Source: Dehalococcoidia bacterium
GTDB taxonomy: Bacteria; Chloroflexota; Dehalococcoidia; UBA2979
Direction: 5' to 3'
Assembly (NCBI GenBank): GCA_963667465.2
Contig: CAXXDN010000002.1
Coordinates: 1,472,001 to 1,536,000, forward strand
Length of the DNA stretch: 64,000 nt
The position numbers and the translations under genes are program-made. This document shows positions 53,745-64,000 of this stretch, piece by piece (within the stretch, counting starts at the first letter, position 1; each line of letters opens with the position of its first letter). The notes below the pieces were generated by a model that saw nothing but the letters and a program-made list of their open reading frames with translations, had not been told where the DNA came from and did not search any database.

Positions 53745-55271
53745 TCAGCGTACGCCCGCGACGGCGCCCGCCGGAGTACGCCGCTGCGGCGCCGGCTCCT
53801 CGGGCAACACCTCGTCCGGCAGCAGCACGCCCAGCGCCCGCGCCATGCCGCGCGCCTTGTCCAGCGTCTCGAGGTACTCGGCCTCGACGGCGGAGTCGTG
53901 CACGATCGCGCCGCCGGCGTGCGCGTAGGCGTGGCCGCGCGCGACGGTGATCGTGCGGATCGCCACGTTGAGGTCGCTGCGGCCATGCGCGGAGAAGTAG
54001 CCGATCGCGCCCGTGTAGACCCCTCGCACCGTCGGCTCCAGTTCGTCGATGATCTCGAGCGCGCGGATCTTCGGCGCGCCGCTGATCGACCCGCCCGGCA
54101 GCATCGCCCGCAGCGTCGCATCGAGGCCCACGCCGCGCCGCCTGCTCGCCGTCACCGACGAGGTCAGGTGGTGCACGTGCGAGTAGGACTCCAGCCGTGC
54201 GAGCTGCGGCACGGCGACGCTGCCGACCTCGGCGATCCGCCCGAGGTCGTTGCGTTCGAGGTCGACGATCATCACGTGCTCGGCGGCATCCTTGGCGCTC
54301 GCGCGCAGCTCGGCGGCCAGGCGGGCGTCCTCTGCGGCGTCGCGGCCACGCGGGCGGGTGCCCTTGATCGGCCGCGTCTCCAGGCGCTCCCCGTCAACCA
54401 GCAGCAGCCGCTCCGGCGACGACGAGAGCACCTCGATACCCCCGTCGGCGCCTCCGGTCGCATCGAGGTAGGCGGCGAAGGGCGCGGGGCTGGCGCGCCG
54501 CAGCCGCCGGTAGGCCTCGAAGCCGGGGACCGGCAGCGGCGCGCAGAAGCGCTGCGAGAGGTTGACCTGGTAGATGTCGCCGGCGGCGATGTAGCGTCGC
54601 GCCGCCTCGGCGCGCTCCAGGTACTCGCCGCGCTCCATGTTCGGCTCGAAGCGCGCGAGGCGGCCCGAACCGTCGGCAAGCGGCGCGCACGCCTCCGCGT
54701 CCGCGACATCCGCAAGCCACCCTGCGTCCTCGATGCAGGCGAGATCGGCGCGCAGCGCGGCGACGGCCTGTGGCGCGCCGCTGAGCCAGCCGCGCCGCTC
54801 GATCGCGTCCCAGAGCAGGGCGGCGTCGTACCAGCCGAGCGCGAGGTCGGGCGCGCCGACGTCGTCGAGGGTCGTCGCGGGCAGACGCTCGATGTGCCGC
54901 GCCAGCTCGAATCCGAGGTAGCCGATCGCGCCCCCGGCGAAGGGCAGCGCGGCGCGCGCGGCCGAGGCGCCCGCGACAGCCTCCCACTCGCGCTGTCCGG
55001 TCTCGATCGCCCGGGCGGCGACGGCGATCGGATCGCCCTCGAACTCCTCGACGCGGTCCGGGGAGGCGCGGCGGATGAGGCGACCACGGGCGCTCAGTGT
55101 CCAGCGCGGCCGCGCCGCGAGGATCGACCAGCGCCCGCGCAGCGGGTGCGGGAGCGCGGAGTCCAGCCAGGCGAGACCCGGCACGTGCCGCAGCGCCAGC
55201 GCGGCGCGCTCCAGCGCGTCACCGCCCGGCGGCGGTGTCCACGCCTCGATCGTCCAGCCTCGCTGCCGCAC
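53745..55271 (-). CDS. pabB: Aminodeoxychorismate synthase component I
   Basis: GDIYQVNL, SSSPE, TRPIKGTRPR, AEHVMIVDLERND, PGGSISGAPK; start approximate. Confidence 0.88.
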   Translation of the reverse strand: MRQRGWTIEAWTPPPGGDALERAALALRHVPGLAWLDSALPHPLRGRWSILAARPRWTLSARGRLIRRASPDRVEEFEGDPIAVAARAIETGQREWEAVAGASAARAALPFAGGAIGYLGFELARHIERLPATTLDDVGAPDLALGWYDAALLWDAIERRGWLSGAPQAVAALRADLACIEDAGWLADVADAEACAPLADGSGRLARFEPNMERGEYLERAEAARRYIAAGDIYQVNLSQRFCAPLPVPGFEAYRRLRRASPAPFAAYLDATGGADGGIEVLSSSPERLLLVDGERLETRPIKGTRPRGRDAAEDARLAAELRASAKDAAEHVMIVDLERNDLGRIAEVGSVAVPQLARLESYSHVHHLTSSVTASRRRGVGLDATLRAMLPGGSISGAPKIRALEIIDELEPTVRGVYTGAIGYFSAHGRSDLNVAIRTITVARGHAYAHAGGAIVHDSAVEAEYLETLDKARGMARALGVLLPDEVLPEEPAPQRRTPAGAVAGVR

Positions 55272-55366
55272 GGCGCTGCCCTGCCCTATCCTCGGGGATG
55301 CGGCGATTGTACGACCGCGCGGCGGCAGGAACGCGCGCCCGCGCAGCGGCACCACGAGGGACGTCC

Positions 55367-55768
55367 ATGCTGACGCGCGAAGTCCTGAGCGCCTGGGCCA
55401 CGCTCGGCGTGCTGATCGCCGGGGCGCTGGTCCTCGCCGCCACGCTGCTACCGACAGGCGGCGCGCTGTCCGGCTGCCCGCTGGGCATGCCCTGCGCGGT
55501 CTGGCACGCGCTGCTCTTCGCGCTGCTCGGCGTGCCGGTGGCGCTGCGCTATGCCACCAGCCGGGCGGCGACGCGATCGCCGGTGCGCGTACTTGCGATG
55601 GTGCTGCTCGCGATCTGGATCTTCGCCGCCGTCACGGAGCTGGCACAGGGCCCGATCGAAGGGCGCGAGCCGTCGCTCGGCGACTGGATCGCGGACATGG
55701 TGGGTGCGCTGATCGGTCTGGCGGTGGGCAGCCTGCTGCTGCGCCTCGCCCTCAGGCGCTCGCGCTAG
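55367..55768 (+). CDS. VanZ-like membrane protein
   Basis: H..LF, TELAQGPIEGR..S..DWIAD..G. Confidence 0.8.
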   Translation: MLTREVLSAWATLGVLIAGALVLAATLLPTGGALSGCPLGMPCAVWHALLFALLGVPVALRYATSRAATRSPVRVLAMVLLAIWIFAAVTELAQGPIEGREPSLGDWIADMVGALIGLAVGSLLLRLALRRSR

Positions 55769-56442
55769 GCCGAGGCGCGCGCGGCGGCCGATTCCGGCTC
55801 GCCGGCCGCGTCCGACTCGAGGCTCAGGTGGTACGTCATGCTCTGCAGTGAAAGCAGCGGGTCGATGCGCCGGATGCGCACGCCGCGCGGCACCTGCACC
55901 GTGATCGGCGCGTAGTTGAGGATCGAGCGCACGCCAGCACGCACGAGGGCGTCGATTACCTCCTGCGCGGCCTCCGCGGGCACGGCGACGATGCCAATGT
56001 CCGCCGACTCCGCGCACAGCGAGGACTCCATTTCGCGCACGTCGCGCACGGTGATTCCGCCGACCTCGCCGCCGATCTCCTCCTCGCTGGCGTCGTAGAC
56101 GCCGACGAGGTCGAAACCATCCGGCCCGAAGCCCTGGTACGAGGCGATCGCGCGCCCGAGGCGGCCCACGCCCACCAGCAACATGCGCCAGCGGCGGTTC
56201 AGCCCGAGGATCAGCCGCAGCTCCTCGACGAGCCGCACGACCGAGTACCCGCTGCCCTGCTTCCCGAAGCGCCCGAAGTAGGCGAGGTCCTTGCGGATCT
56301 GCGCGGGCGTCACGCCGAGCGCGTCTCCCAGCTCCTGCGAGGAGACCGTCGAGCGCCCTTCCGCGTCCATGCGGGCAAGCCAGCGGTAGTAGATGGGGAG
56401 GCGGTCGATGACCACCTCGGGGATGTCAGCCGGTAGCGGCAA
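55765..56442 (-). CDS. rex: Redox-sensing transcriptional repressor Rex
   Basis: IP..VIDRLPIYYR, SSQELG, QIRKDLAYFGRFGKQGSGY, GVGRLG, ILNYAP. Confidence 0.95.
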   Translation of the reverse strand: MPLPADIPEVVIDRLPIYYRWLARMDAEGRSTVSSQELGDALGVTPAQIRKDLAYFGRFGKQGSGYSVVRLVEELRLILGLNRRWRMLLVGVGRLGRAIASYQGFGPDGFDLVGVYDASEEEIGGEVGGITVRDVREMESSLCAESADIGIVAVPAEAAQEVIDALVRAGVRSILNYAPITVQVPRGVRIRRIDPLLSLQSMTYHLSLESDAAGEPESAAARASA

Positions 56443-56502
56443 CGCAACCCTCCACTGAGTATTCGAGTATTACAGGCGTATCGGTTCCGAACCCGATCCG
56501 TA

Positions 56503-56520
56503 TTGGGAAGGCTTGCACAA
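56503..56520. promoter_or_regulatory. Rex operator (ROP)
   Basis: TTGGGAA-GGCT-TGCACAA vs consensus TTGTGAA-N4-TTCACAA, 60 bp upstream of rex. Confidence 0.7.
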
Positions 56521-56576
56521 GCGCGCACTAGCGTCCAGCGAAAGCGATTCCCGGACGGCGCTGCTAGCATCGACTC

Positions 56577-57329
56577 GTGACCAGCCCCGCCCCCCCGACG
56601 AACGACCACGATTCCAGCCGCCCGGCGGGCGCGGACCCTGCCTCGACGGCCTTCGTCGAGCTCCCCGGCGGCGCGTTCCGCATGGGCTCGCCGCTGCGCC
56701 CCGACGAGCAGCCGCTCCGCGTGGTGCGCCTCGATCCGTTCGCCGTCGCCGTCACGCCCGTGACGAACGCCGCGTACGCCGCCTTCCTCGAAGCCACCGG
56801 CCACGAGGCCCCGCGCTTCCGGGACGACCCGCGCTTCAATGCGCCCGGCTGCCCGGTGGTCGGCGTCTCCTGGTTCGACGCGGTCGTCTACTGTGAGTGG
56901 CTCGGCAGTGTCCTCGGACGTCGCTGCCGCCTGCCGACCGAGGCGGAACGCGAGTACGCCGCGCGCGGAGGCGTCGAGGGCGTGCGCTTCCCCTGGGGCG
57001 ACGAGCCCTGGGAGGAGGGGCCGTTCGCCCTCGGCGCGGCGGGGATGGACCGCCCGCAGCCGGTCGGCTCCTCGCCGCCGAACGGCTTTGGCCTGTACCA
57101 CATGGCGGAGAACGTGCACGAGTGGTGCAGTGACTGGTACGCCGCCGGCTACGACGCCGAGGCCCTCGACAACCCGCGCGGGCCTGTCGAGGGCCAGCGC
57201 CGTGCCTCGCGAGGCGGATCGTGGCGGCATCGGGTGAAGGTCACGCGGATCGCCGCGCGCTCCTCGCTGGCTCCCGAGCGGCGCTACAACGACTACGGCT
57301 TCCGCGTCTACGCCGACATCGAGGATTGA
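56577..57329 (+). CDS. FGE-sulfatase (SUMF1/EgtB/PvdO) domain protein
   Basis: F.MGS, PVTNAAY, RLPTEAE.EYAARGG, PNGFGLYHM..NV.EW, RGGSW, GFR. Confidence 0.9.
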   Translation: MTSPAPPTNDHDSSRPAGADPASTAFVELPGGAFRMGSPLRPDEQPLRVVRLDPFAVAVTPVTNAAYAAFLEATGHEAPRFRDDPRFNAPGCPVVGVSWFDAVVYCEWLGSVLGRRCRLPTEAEREYAARGGVEGVRFPWGDEPWEEGPFALGAAGMDRPQPVGSSPPNGFGLYHMAENVHEWCSDWYAAGYDAEALDNPRGPVEGQRRASRGGSWRHRVKVTRIAARSSLAPERRYNDYGFRVYADIED

Positions 57330-57353
57330 GGCGCGGGGCGGCGCGCCGCCCCG

Positions 57354-58388
57354 CTACGGCGTATCGGCGATCAGCGATTCTTCCTCGGTGGGGATGCTGC
57401 GCGCGATCACATCGAGGTAGTCCAGCGCCACGCCCGCGCCGCGCGCGACGCAGCGGTCCGGCTCGTCGGCGACGTGCACCGGCACGCCGACCTCATGCAT
57501 CAACAGCGAGTCCAGGTGGCGCAGACGCGCACCACCGCCGGTCAGCACGACGCCGTGATCGATCACGTCCGCGGCCAGCTCGGGCGGGGTGCGCTCCAGC
57601 ACGGAGCGCACGGTCTGCACGATGCTGTCGAGGTGCTCCTGGATCGCCTGCGTCACCTCGGACGAGCGCACCGTCACGGTGCGCGGCAGGCCCGTGATCT
57701 GATCGCGGCCGCGCACCGCTGCGGTCTCCTCGTCCTCGAGCGGGATTGCCGAGCCGATGGCGATCTTCAATTCCTCGGCGGAGCGCTCGCCGATCGCCAG
57801 GTTATGTCGTCTCCGGACATAGAGCGCGACCGCCTCGTTCAAACGATCGCCCGCCACGCGGATCGACTCGGCGGCGACGATCCCGAACATCGAGATCACG
57901 GCGGCCTCCGCCCTGCCGCCGCCGATGTTGAGCAGCATGTGCCCGCGAGGCGAGCCGACGGGAATCTCGGCGCCGATCGCCGCGGCCAGCGGCTCCGGGA
58001 TGAGGTGCGCCGGACGGCGGCTGCCCGCCGCCTCGGCCGCGTCGCGCACCGCGCGCTGCTCGACGCGGGTCACGCCGTACGGCGTGGAGACCATCACCTC
58101 CGGACGGACGATCCGGAGGCGGCCCATCACCTCGCCGATGAGGTAGCGCAGCAGCGCCTCGGTAATCAGGTAGTCGGCGATGGCGCCATCGCGCATCGGC
58201 CGGATCACGCGGATCGTGCCGGGGTGGCGGCCGATCATCTCGTAGGCCTCCCGGCCGACGGCGGCAACCGCGTTCTCGCGCTCGGTCAGCGCAACGACGG
58301 CGGGTTCTTCCAGCACGATGCCGCGCCCCCGCTCGGAGACGAGTACGCGTGCCGTACCGAGATCGATGCCGAGTCGTCTGGTGAACAT
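57354..58388 (-). CDS. mreB: MreB/Mbl rod-shape-determining actin homologue
   Basis: LGIDLGTA, RPMRDG.IAD, EPLAAAIGA, AEELKIAIG, GRDQITGLP, TPPELAAD, LTGGGA. Confidence 0.9.
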   Translation of the reverse strand: MFTRRLGIDLGTARVLVSERGRGIVLEEPAVVALTERENAVAAVGREAYEMIGRHPGTIRVIRPMRDGAIADYLITEALLRYLIGEVMGRLRIVRPEVMVSTPYGVTRVEQRAVRDAAEAAGSRRPAHLIPEPLAAAIGAEIPVGSPRGHMLLNIGGGRAEAAVISMFGIVAAESIRVAGDRLNEAVALYVRRRHNLAIGERSAEELKIAIGSAIPLEDEETAAVRGRDQITGLPRTVTVRSSEVTQAIQEHLDSIVQTVRSVLERTPPELAADVIDHGVVLTGGGARLRHLDSLLMHEVGVPVHVADEPDRCVARGAGVALDYLDVIARSIPTEEESLIADTP

Positions 58389-58444
58389 TCGCCGGAAGTC
58401 TGCGCCCCTGCCTGCTGAGGCGCCGCCGCCTCCGGCTTTCGACC

Positions 58445-59701
58445 TTAGCGCCTGAACACCGTCGCGCCTAGCGCGGTCAGCCGCTCCTCGATGCGTGGAT
58501 AGCCGCGATCGAGATGCACGAGGTCGCGCACGATCGTCTCGTCGCTGGCGCAGAGCCCGCCGATCACGACCGCCGCGGCCGCCCGCACGTCGAGCGCCCG
58601 CACCGCGCCGCCGACAAGCGGCGTCGGCCCCTCGATGATTACGGACTGGCCTCCCGCGGTCATCCGCGCGCCCATCGCGCGCAACTCGCCGAGGTAGAGC
58701 AGGCGGTTCTCGAAGACGCGCTCATGGATCGTGGAGACACCCTCGGCCTGGGTCAGGGCCGCCGCCATCGGTGCGTGCAGATCCGTCGGGAAGCCGGGGT
58801 ACGGCACGGCCTGGAGCTGCACCGCGCGCAGCGGCACGCCGTCCGAAGGCGCGCACGCGCGCACGTACTGCGGCGCGACCTCGACGCCCGCACCGGCCTC
58901 GCTGAGCTTCGTCAGCAGCGAGTCCAGGTGGTCGGCGCGTGCGCCCTCGATGGCGACGTCGCCGCCCGTGGCGACTCCGGCCAGCAGGTAGGTGCCGCTC
59001 TCGATCCGGTCGGGGATGATCGTGAAGTCGACGCCGTGCAGGCGCTCGACGCCCTCGACGGTGATCGTGTTCGAGCCGTGCCCGCTGATGCGCGCGCCCA
59101 TCGCGGCGAGCATCTCGGCGGCCATCGCCACCTCGGGCTCGGCCGCGGCGTTCACGATCACGGTCTCGCCCTCGGCAAGCGCGGCGGCGAACAGCACGTT
59201 CACGGTGCCGAGCACGCTCGGGTAGTCGAGGAAGATGCGCGCCCCGCGCAGGCGGCCGCGCGCGATGAAGTTCTGCCCCTCGCGGCGCACGTCCGCGCCC
59301 AGCGCACGGAAGCCGGCGAGGTGCACATCGAGCGGCCGGACGCCGATCACGTCGCCACCCGGCGACGGGGAGGCGGCCTCGCCGAAGCGGGCGAGCAGCG
59401 GCCCCATCACCAGGAACGAGGCGCGCAGCGCGATCGCGAGGTCCTGCGGCGCAACGGTCTCGGTCACGCCCGAGGCGTCGATCGAGACGTTGCCGCCATC
59501 GACCTCGAACGTTGCGCCGAGGGCGCGCAGGACGCGGCCCATGCCCTCGATGTCAGCGATCTCGGGGACGTTGTGCAGGGTGACGGGATCGGAGGTGAGC
59601 AGCGGCGCGGCGAGGGCGTAAAGCGCGGCGTTCTTGGAGCCGGACGCGGGGAGGCGTCCGCTCAGCGCCTGCCCACCGTGAATGACGAGCTGCTCACTCA
59701 T
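58445..59701 (-). CDS. murA: UDP-N-acetylglucosamine 1-carboxyvinyltransferase
   Basis: SGSKNAAL, LRAS, GPLLARFG, PGGDVIG.RP.D.H, NAA.EPE, PDRIE, PYPGFPTD, FENR, HLDRGY. Confidence 0.95.
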   Translation of the reverse strand: MSEQLVIHGGQALSGRLPASGSKNAALYALAAPLLTSDPVTLHNVPEIADIEGMGRVLRALGATFEVDGGNVSIDASGVTETVAPQDLAIALRASFLVMGPLLARFGEAASPSPGGDVIGVRPLDVHLAGFRALGADVRREGQNFIARGRLRGARIFLDYPSVLGTVNVLFAAALAEGETVIVNAAAEPEVAMAAEMLAAMGARISGHGSNTITVEGVERLHGVDFTIIPDRIESGTYLLAGVATGGDVAIEGARADHLDSLLTKLSEAGAGVEVAPQYVRACAPSDGVPLRAVQLQAVPYPGFPTDLHAPMAAALTQAEGVSTIHERVFENRLLYLGELRAMGARMTAGGQSVIIEGPTPLVGGAVRALDVRAAAAVVIGGLCASDETIVRDLVHLDRGYPRIEERLTALGATVFRR

Positions 59702-59878
59702 GGGGCCTCCGGCCCCCGCCAGCACCAAGGATACGACGCATCCCGCCCGGCCCGCGAGGCGCAAGAGTGTGGGACACAACGCGCCTCTCGACGTAGCCAC
59801 GCCCGAAGGCTCTCGCCTAACCGCCCTGACAGCTCCCGCAGCAACCAACCGATCGGGACACGAGTGGCCGCGGGCGAG

Positions 59879-60019
59879 CCCCCTCACCCCAACCCTCTCC
59901 CCCAGGAGAGGGAGCCGGAGGCCGAGCCCGTCCCCCTCCCAACCCTCTCCCCGGGAGAGAGAGCAGAGGGCGGGTCCGGTCCCCTCTCCCCTCGCGGGAG
60001 AGGGCGGAGGGTGAGGGGG
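59879..60019. repeat. Cluster of three family B repeats (two inverted, one forward)
   Basis: 59879-59912, 59932-59962, 59981-60019. Confidence 0.85.
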
Positions 60020-60170
60020 AGCGGGCGCAGCCCGCCTCGCACGCCGGGGACGCACCAACCGAGAGCGCAACAACCCATTGAGGGCGGCGCCGGCCGGGCA
60101 CGCGGACGGGAACATCTTCACCTTCCTGGTAGGGCGGCGAGGCGGGCATGAACGTCGCGGTCCGGAGGGA

Positions 60171-60614
60171 CTAGCGGGGAGCGGGCGGGGCTCCCGCGCC
60201 GCGCCGGCGGCGGCGGATGCGGATGCGCGCCTCCGCGCGCAGCAGAGAGATGCGCGCTCGCGCGAGGTCGACCACCTCGTCCGAGGCGACGTGGCCCTCG
60301 AGGCGCTCGCGAGCGCGATCGCGCGCCGCCTCCGCTCGCGCCTCGTCGATCTCGTCGACTCGTTCGGCGGCGTCGGCGAGCACGGTGACCTCGTCGTGCA
60401 AGACCTGGATGAAGCCGCCGTGGACGACGATGTCCTCTTCGCCGTCGCTGCCGACGGCGATCAGTTCGCCGACATCGAGGCTGGCCATCAGCGCGGCGTG
60501 GCTCGGCAGCACGGTGATCTGGCCCTCGGTGGTGGGCACGATCACGCGCTGCACGTCGTCCCGATCGAGGACGGGCTGCTCTGCCGTGACGATTGAGAGC
60601 CTGAGCGGGGCCAA
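60171..60614 (-). CDS. atpC: ATP synthase epsilon subunit
   Basis: LSIVTAE, GQITVLPSHA, GGFIQV, VTVLADAAE. Confidence 0.95.
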   Translation of the reverse strand: MAPLRLSIVTAEQPVLDRDDVQRVIVPTTEGQITVLPSHAALMASLDVGELIAVGSDGEEDIVVHGGFIQVLHDEVTVLADAAERVDEIDEARAEAARDRARERLEGHVASDEVVDLARARISLLRAEARIRIRRRRRGAGAPPAPR

Positions 60615-60617
60615 GCG

Positions 60618-62093
<1,476 letters not shown>

Positions 62094-62996
62094 TTACGCC
62101 TCGATCGCCGCCGTGCCGCCGACGATGTCGAGCAGCTCGCTGGTGATCAGTTCCTGCCGTGCCTTGTTGTAGGTCAGCGTGAGGTCCGCGACCATGTCGT
62201 TCGCCGCGTCGGTGGCGGCGCGCATCGCGACCATGCGCGCCGACTGCTCGGACGCCGCGGCCTCGAGGATTGCCTCGAAGACCTGCATCTCCACGTAGCG
62301 CGGCAGCAGCGTCTCCAGCAGCGCCTGCGGCGAGGGCTCGAAGATGAAGTCCGCCCCGCCGCCCAGCGACTCACCCATGTCCTCGGGCGGCTCGATCGGC
62401 AGCAGCTGGCGCACGGTCGGACGCTGCACGGCGGTGTTGATGAATTGCTGGAAGCCGACGTAGACCTGATCGATCTCGCCGTTGATGTAGTCCTCGGTTA
62501 CGATCCGCGAGATCGGCAGCGTGTCGCCCATCGTTGGGTAGTCGCCGAGGTCGGTGAACTCCGCGATCTGCGGGAAGCCGGCGCGGCGGAAGAAGTCGCG
62601 CCCCTTGCGCCCGACCGAGATCACCGAGACGCGCTCGACGTGCGGCTGCCGCTCGAGCGCGAGGTTGGCGCCGGCGCGGTTCATGTTTGCGTTGAGGCCG
62701 CCCGCGAGCCCGCGGTTGGCGGTGATGTGGATGAACGCGAAGTGCTTGACGGCGCGCTCGTCCAGCAGCGGGTGCAGCGAGTCCGCGTCGCCGCCGCCTC
62801 GCGCCTCGGGCGAGCCGGCGAGGCGCGCGAGCACGGCGCGCATGCGCTCCGAGTAGGGCCGCGCGGCGAGCGCGCGATCCTGGGCGCGACGCATCTTGGA
62901 GGCCGCGACGAGCTCCATCGCCTTGGTGACCTTGGCGGTGTTCTCGACGGACTTGATCCGCCCGCGGATTGCCCGGACCTGGCCGGCGCCTGGCAT
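62094..62996 (-). CDS. atpG: ATP synthase gamma subunit
   Basis: KVTKAMELVAASK, RGLAGG, SEQSARMVAM, YNKARQ..IT.EL. Confidence 0.97.
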   Translation of the reverse strand: MPGAGQVRAIRGRIKSVENTAKVTKAMELVAASKMRRAQDRALAARPYSERMRAVLARLAGSPEARGGGDADSLHPLLDERAVKHFAFIHITANRGLAGGLNANMNRAGANLALERQPHVERVSVISVGRKGRDFFRRAGFPQIAEFTDLGDYPTMGDTLPISRIVTEDYINGEIDQVYVGFQQFINTAVQRPTVRQLLPIEPPEDMGESLGGGADFIFEPSPQALLETLLPRYVEMQVFEAILEAAASEQSARMVAMRAATDAANDMVADLTLTYNKARQELITSELLDIVGGTAAIEA

Positions 62997-63045
62997 CTAC
63001 CGCTGCTCCCCGTTCCGCGACCCCCGAGGGGCCACTGCGTCTCGC

Positions 63046-64000
63046 CTAGTAGGCAACCGAGCCCTTGAACTGCTCGATCGCTGCCTTCAACTGCTCCTCG
63101 GTGTCGCCCTCGACCTCGCCGGTGCGCTCGATCGCCTCGATCACGCCGGCCGCAGTCGCCTGCAGCTGCTCGTGCAGCGCGCGCTCGAAGTCGGCGACCT
63201 TCTCGACCGGCACGTCGTCGAGGTAGCCCTCCGCGCCGGCGTAGAGGATCGCGACCTGCTGGCCGAGCGAGAGCGGCTCGTACTGCGGCTGCTTAAGCAC
63301 CTCGGTGAGGCGCTGGCCGCGCTCCAGCTGGCGGCGCGTCGCCGGGTCCAGGTCCTCCGTGCCGAACTGGGCGAACGCCTGCAACTCACGGAACTGCGAG
63401 AGATCCAGCCGCAGCGTGCCGGCCACGGAGCGCATCGCGCGCCGTTGCGCGGCGCCGCCGACCCGCGAGACGGAGATACCGGGGTTCACGGCGGGCCGCT
63501 GCCCGGCGTTGAAGAGGTCGTTCTCGAGGAAGATCTGGCCGTCGGTGATCGAGATCACGTTGGTCGGGATGTAGGCGGAGACGTCGCCCGCCTGCGTCTC
63601 GATGATTGGCAGCGCGGTCAGCGAGCCGCCACCGTGCGCCTCGTCGAGGCGCGCCGCGCGCTCCAGCAGCCGCGAGTGCAGGTAGAAGACGTCGCCCGGG
63701 TAGGCCTCGCGGCCGGGCGGGCGCTTCAGCAGCAGCGAGATCTGGCGATAGGCCCAGGCGTGCTTGGTGAGGTCGTCGTAGACGATCAGCACGTCCTTGC
63801 CCTGCTCCATGAAGTACTCGCCCATCGCGCAGCCCGAGTACGGCGCCAGGTACTGCAACGCCGCGGACTCCGCCGCCGAGGCGGAGACAACGATCGTGTG
63901 CTCCATCGCACCGTGTTGCTCGAGCGTGGCGACCGTCTGCGCGACCTTCGAGTCCTTCTGGCCAACCGCGACGTAGATGCAGATCAGGTCGCCGCCGCGC
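63046..64000 (-). CDS. atpA: ATP synthase alpha subunit, 3' part (5' end beyond window)
   Basis: [50 protein letters not shown]. Confidence 0.97.
   Translation of the reverse strand, partial: RGGDLICIYVAVGQKDSKVAQTVATLEQHGAMEHTIVVSASAAESAALQYLAPYSGCAMGEYFMEQGKDVLIVYDDLTKHAWAYRQISLLLKRPPGREAYPGDVFYLHSRLLERAARLDEAHGGGSLTALPIIETQAGDVSAYIPTNVISITDGQIFLENDLFNAGQRPAVNPGISVSRVGGAAQRRAMRSVAGTLRLDLSQFRELQAFAQFGTEDLDPATRRQLERGQRLTEVLKQPQYEPLSLGQQVAILYAGAEGYLDDVPVEKVADFERALHEQLQATAAGVIEAIERTGEVEGDTEEQLKAAIEQFKGSVAY

Overview
Very GC-rich bacterial chromosome segment. The gene repertoire (LLM monooxygenases, SDRs, class III CoA-transferases, double hot-dog proteins, amidohydrolases) suggests Chloroflexota/Dehalococcoidia-like, which is an inference. 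About 55 real CDSs. Bases 1-52.8 kb are mostly accessory catabolism: acyl-CoA chemistry, an oxalyl-CoA decarboxylase/2-hydroxyacyl-CoA lyase-like gene, a Fur-family regulator + CbiMNQO Ni/Co ECF transporter, tRNA-Lys(UUU), a YeeE-TusA-like-TusA-rhodanese lipoprotein sulfur module, a large secreted three-repeat metallopeptidase-like protein, and an NAD-linked formate dehydrogenase. The FDH catalytic subunit is a selenoprotein (in-frame UGA + SECIS hairpin), which the ORF track splits in two. Bases 52.8-64 kb are housekeeping: pabB/pabC, rex with a Rex box, an MreB paralogue with altered nucleotide-binding loops, murA with Cys->Asp, atpCDG and partial atpA. The most unusual non-coding signal is two dispersed intergenic repeat families that combine GC hairpins with four-G-tract (G-quadruplex-type) cores and occur in mosaic clusters. 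No integrase, transposase, prophage or CRISPR array was seen. All calls come from motif reading by eye; no searches were run.
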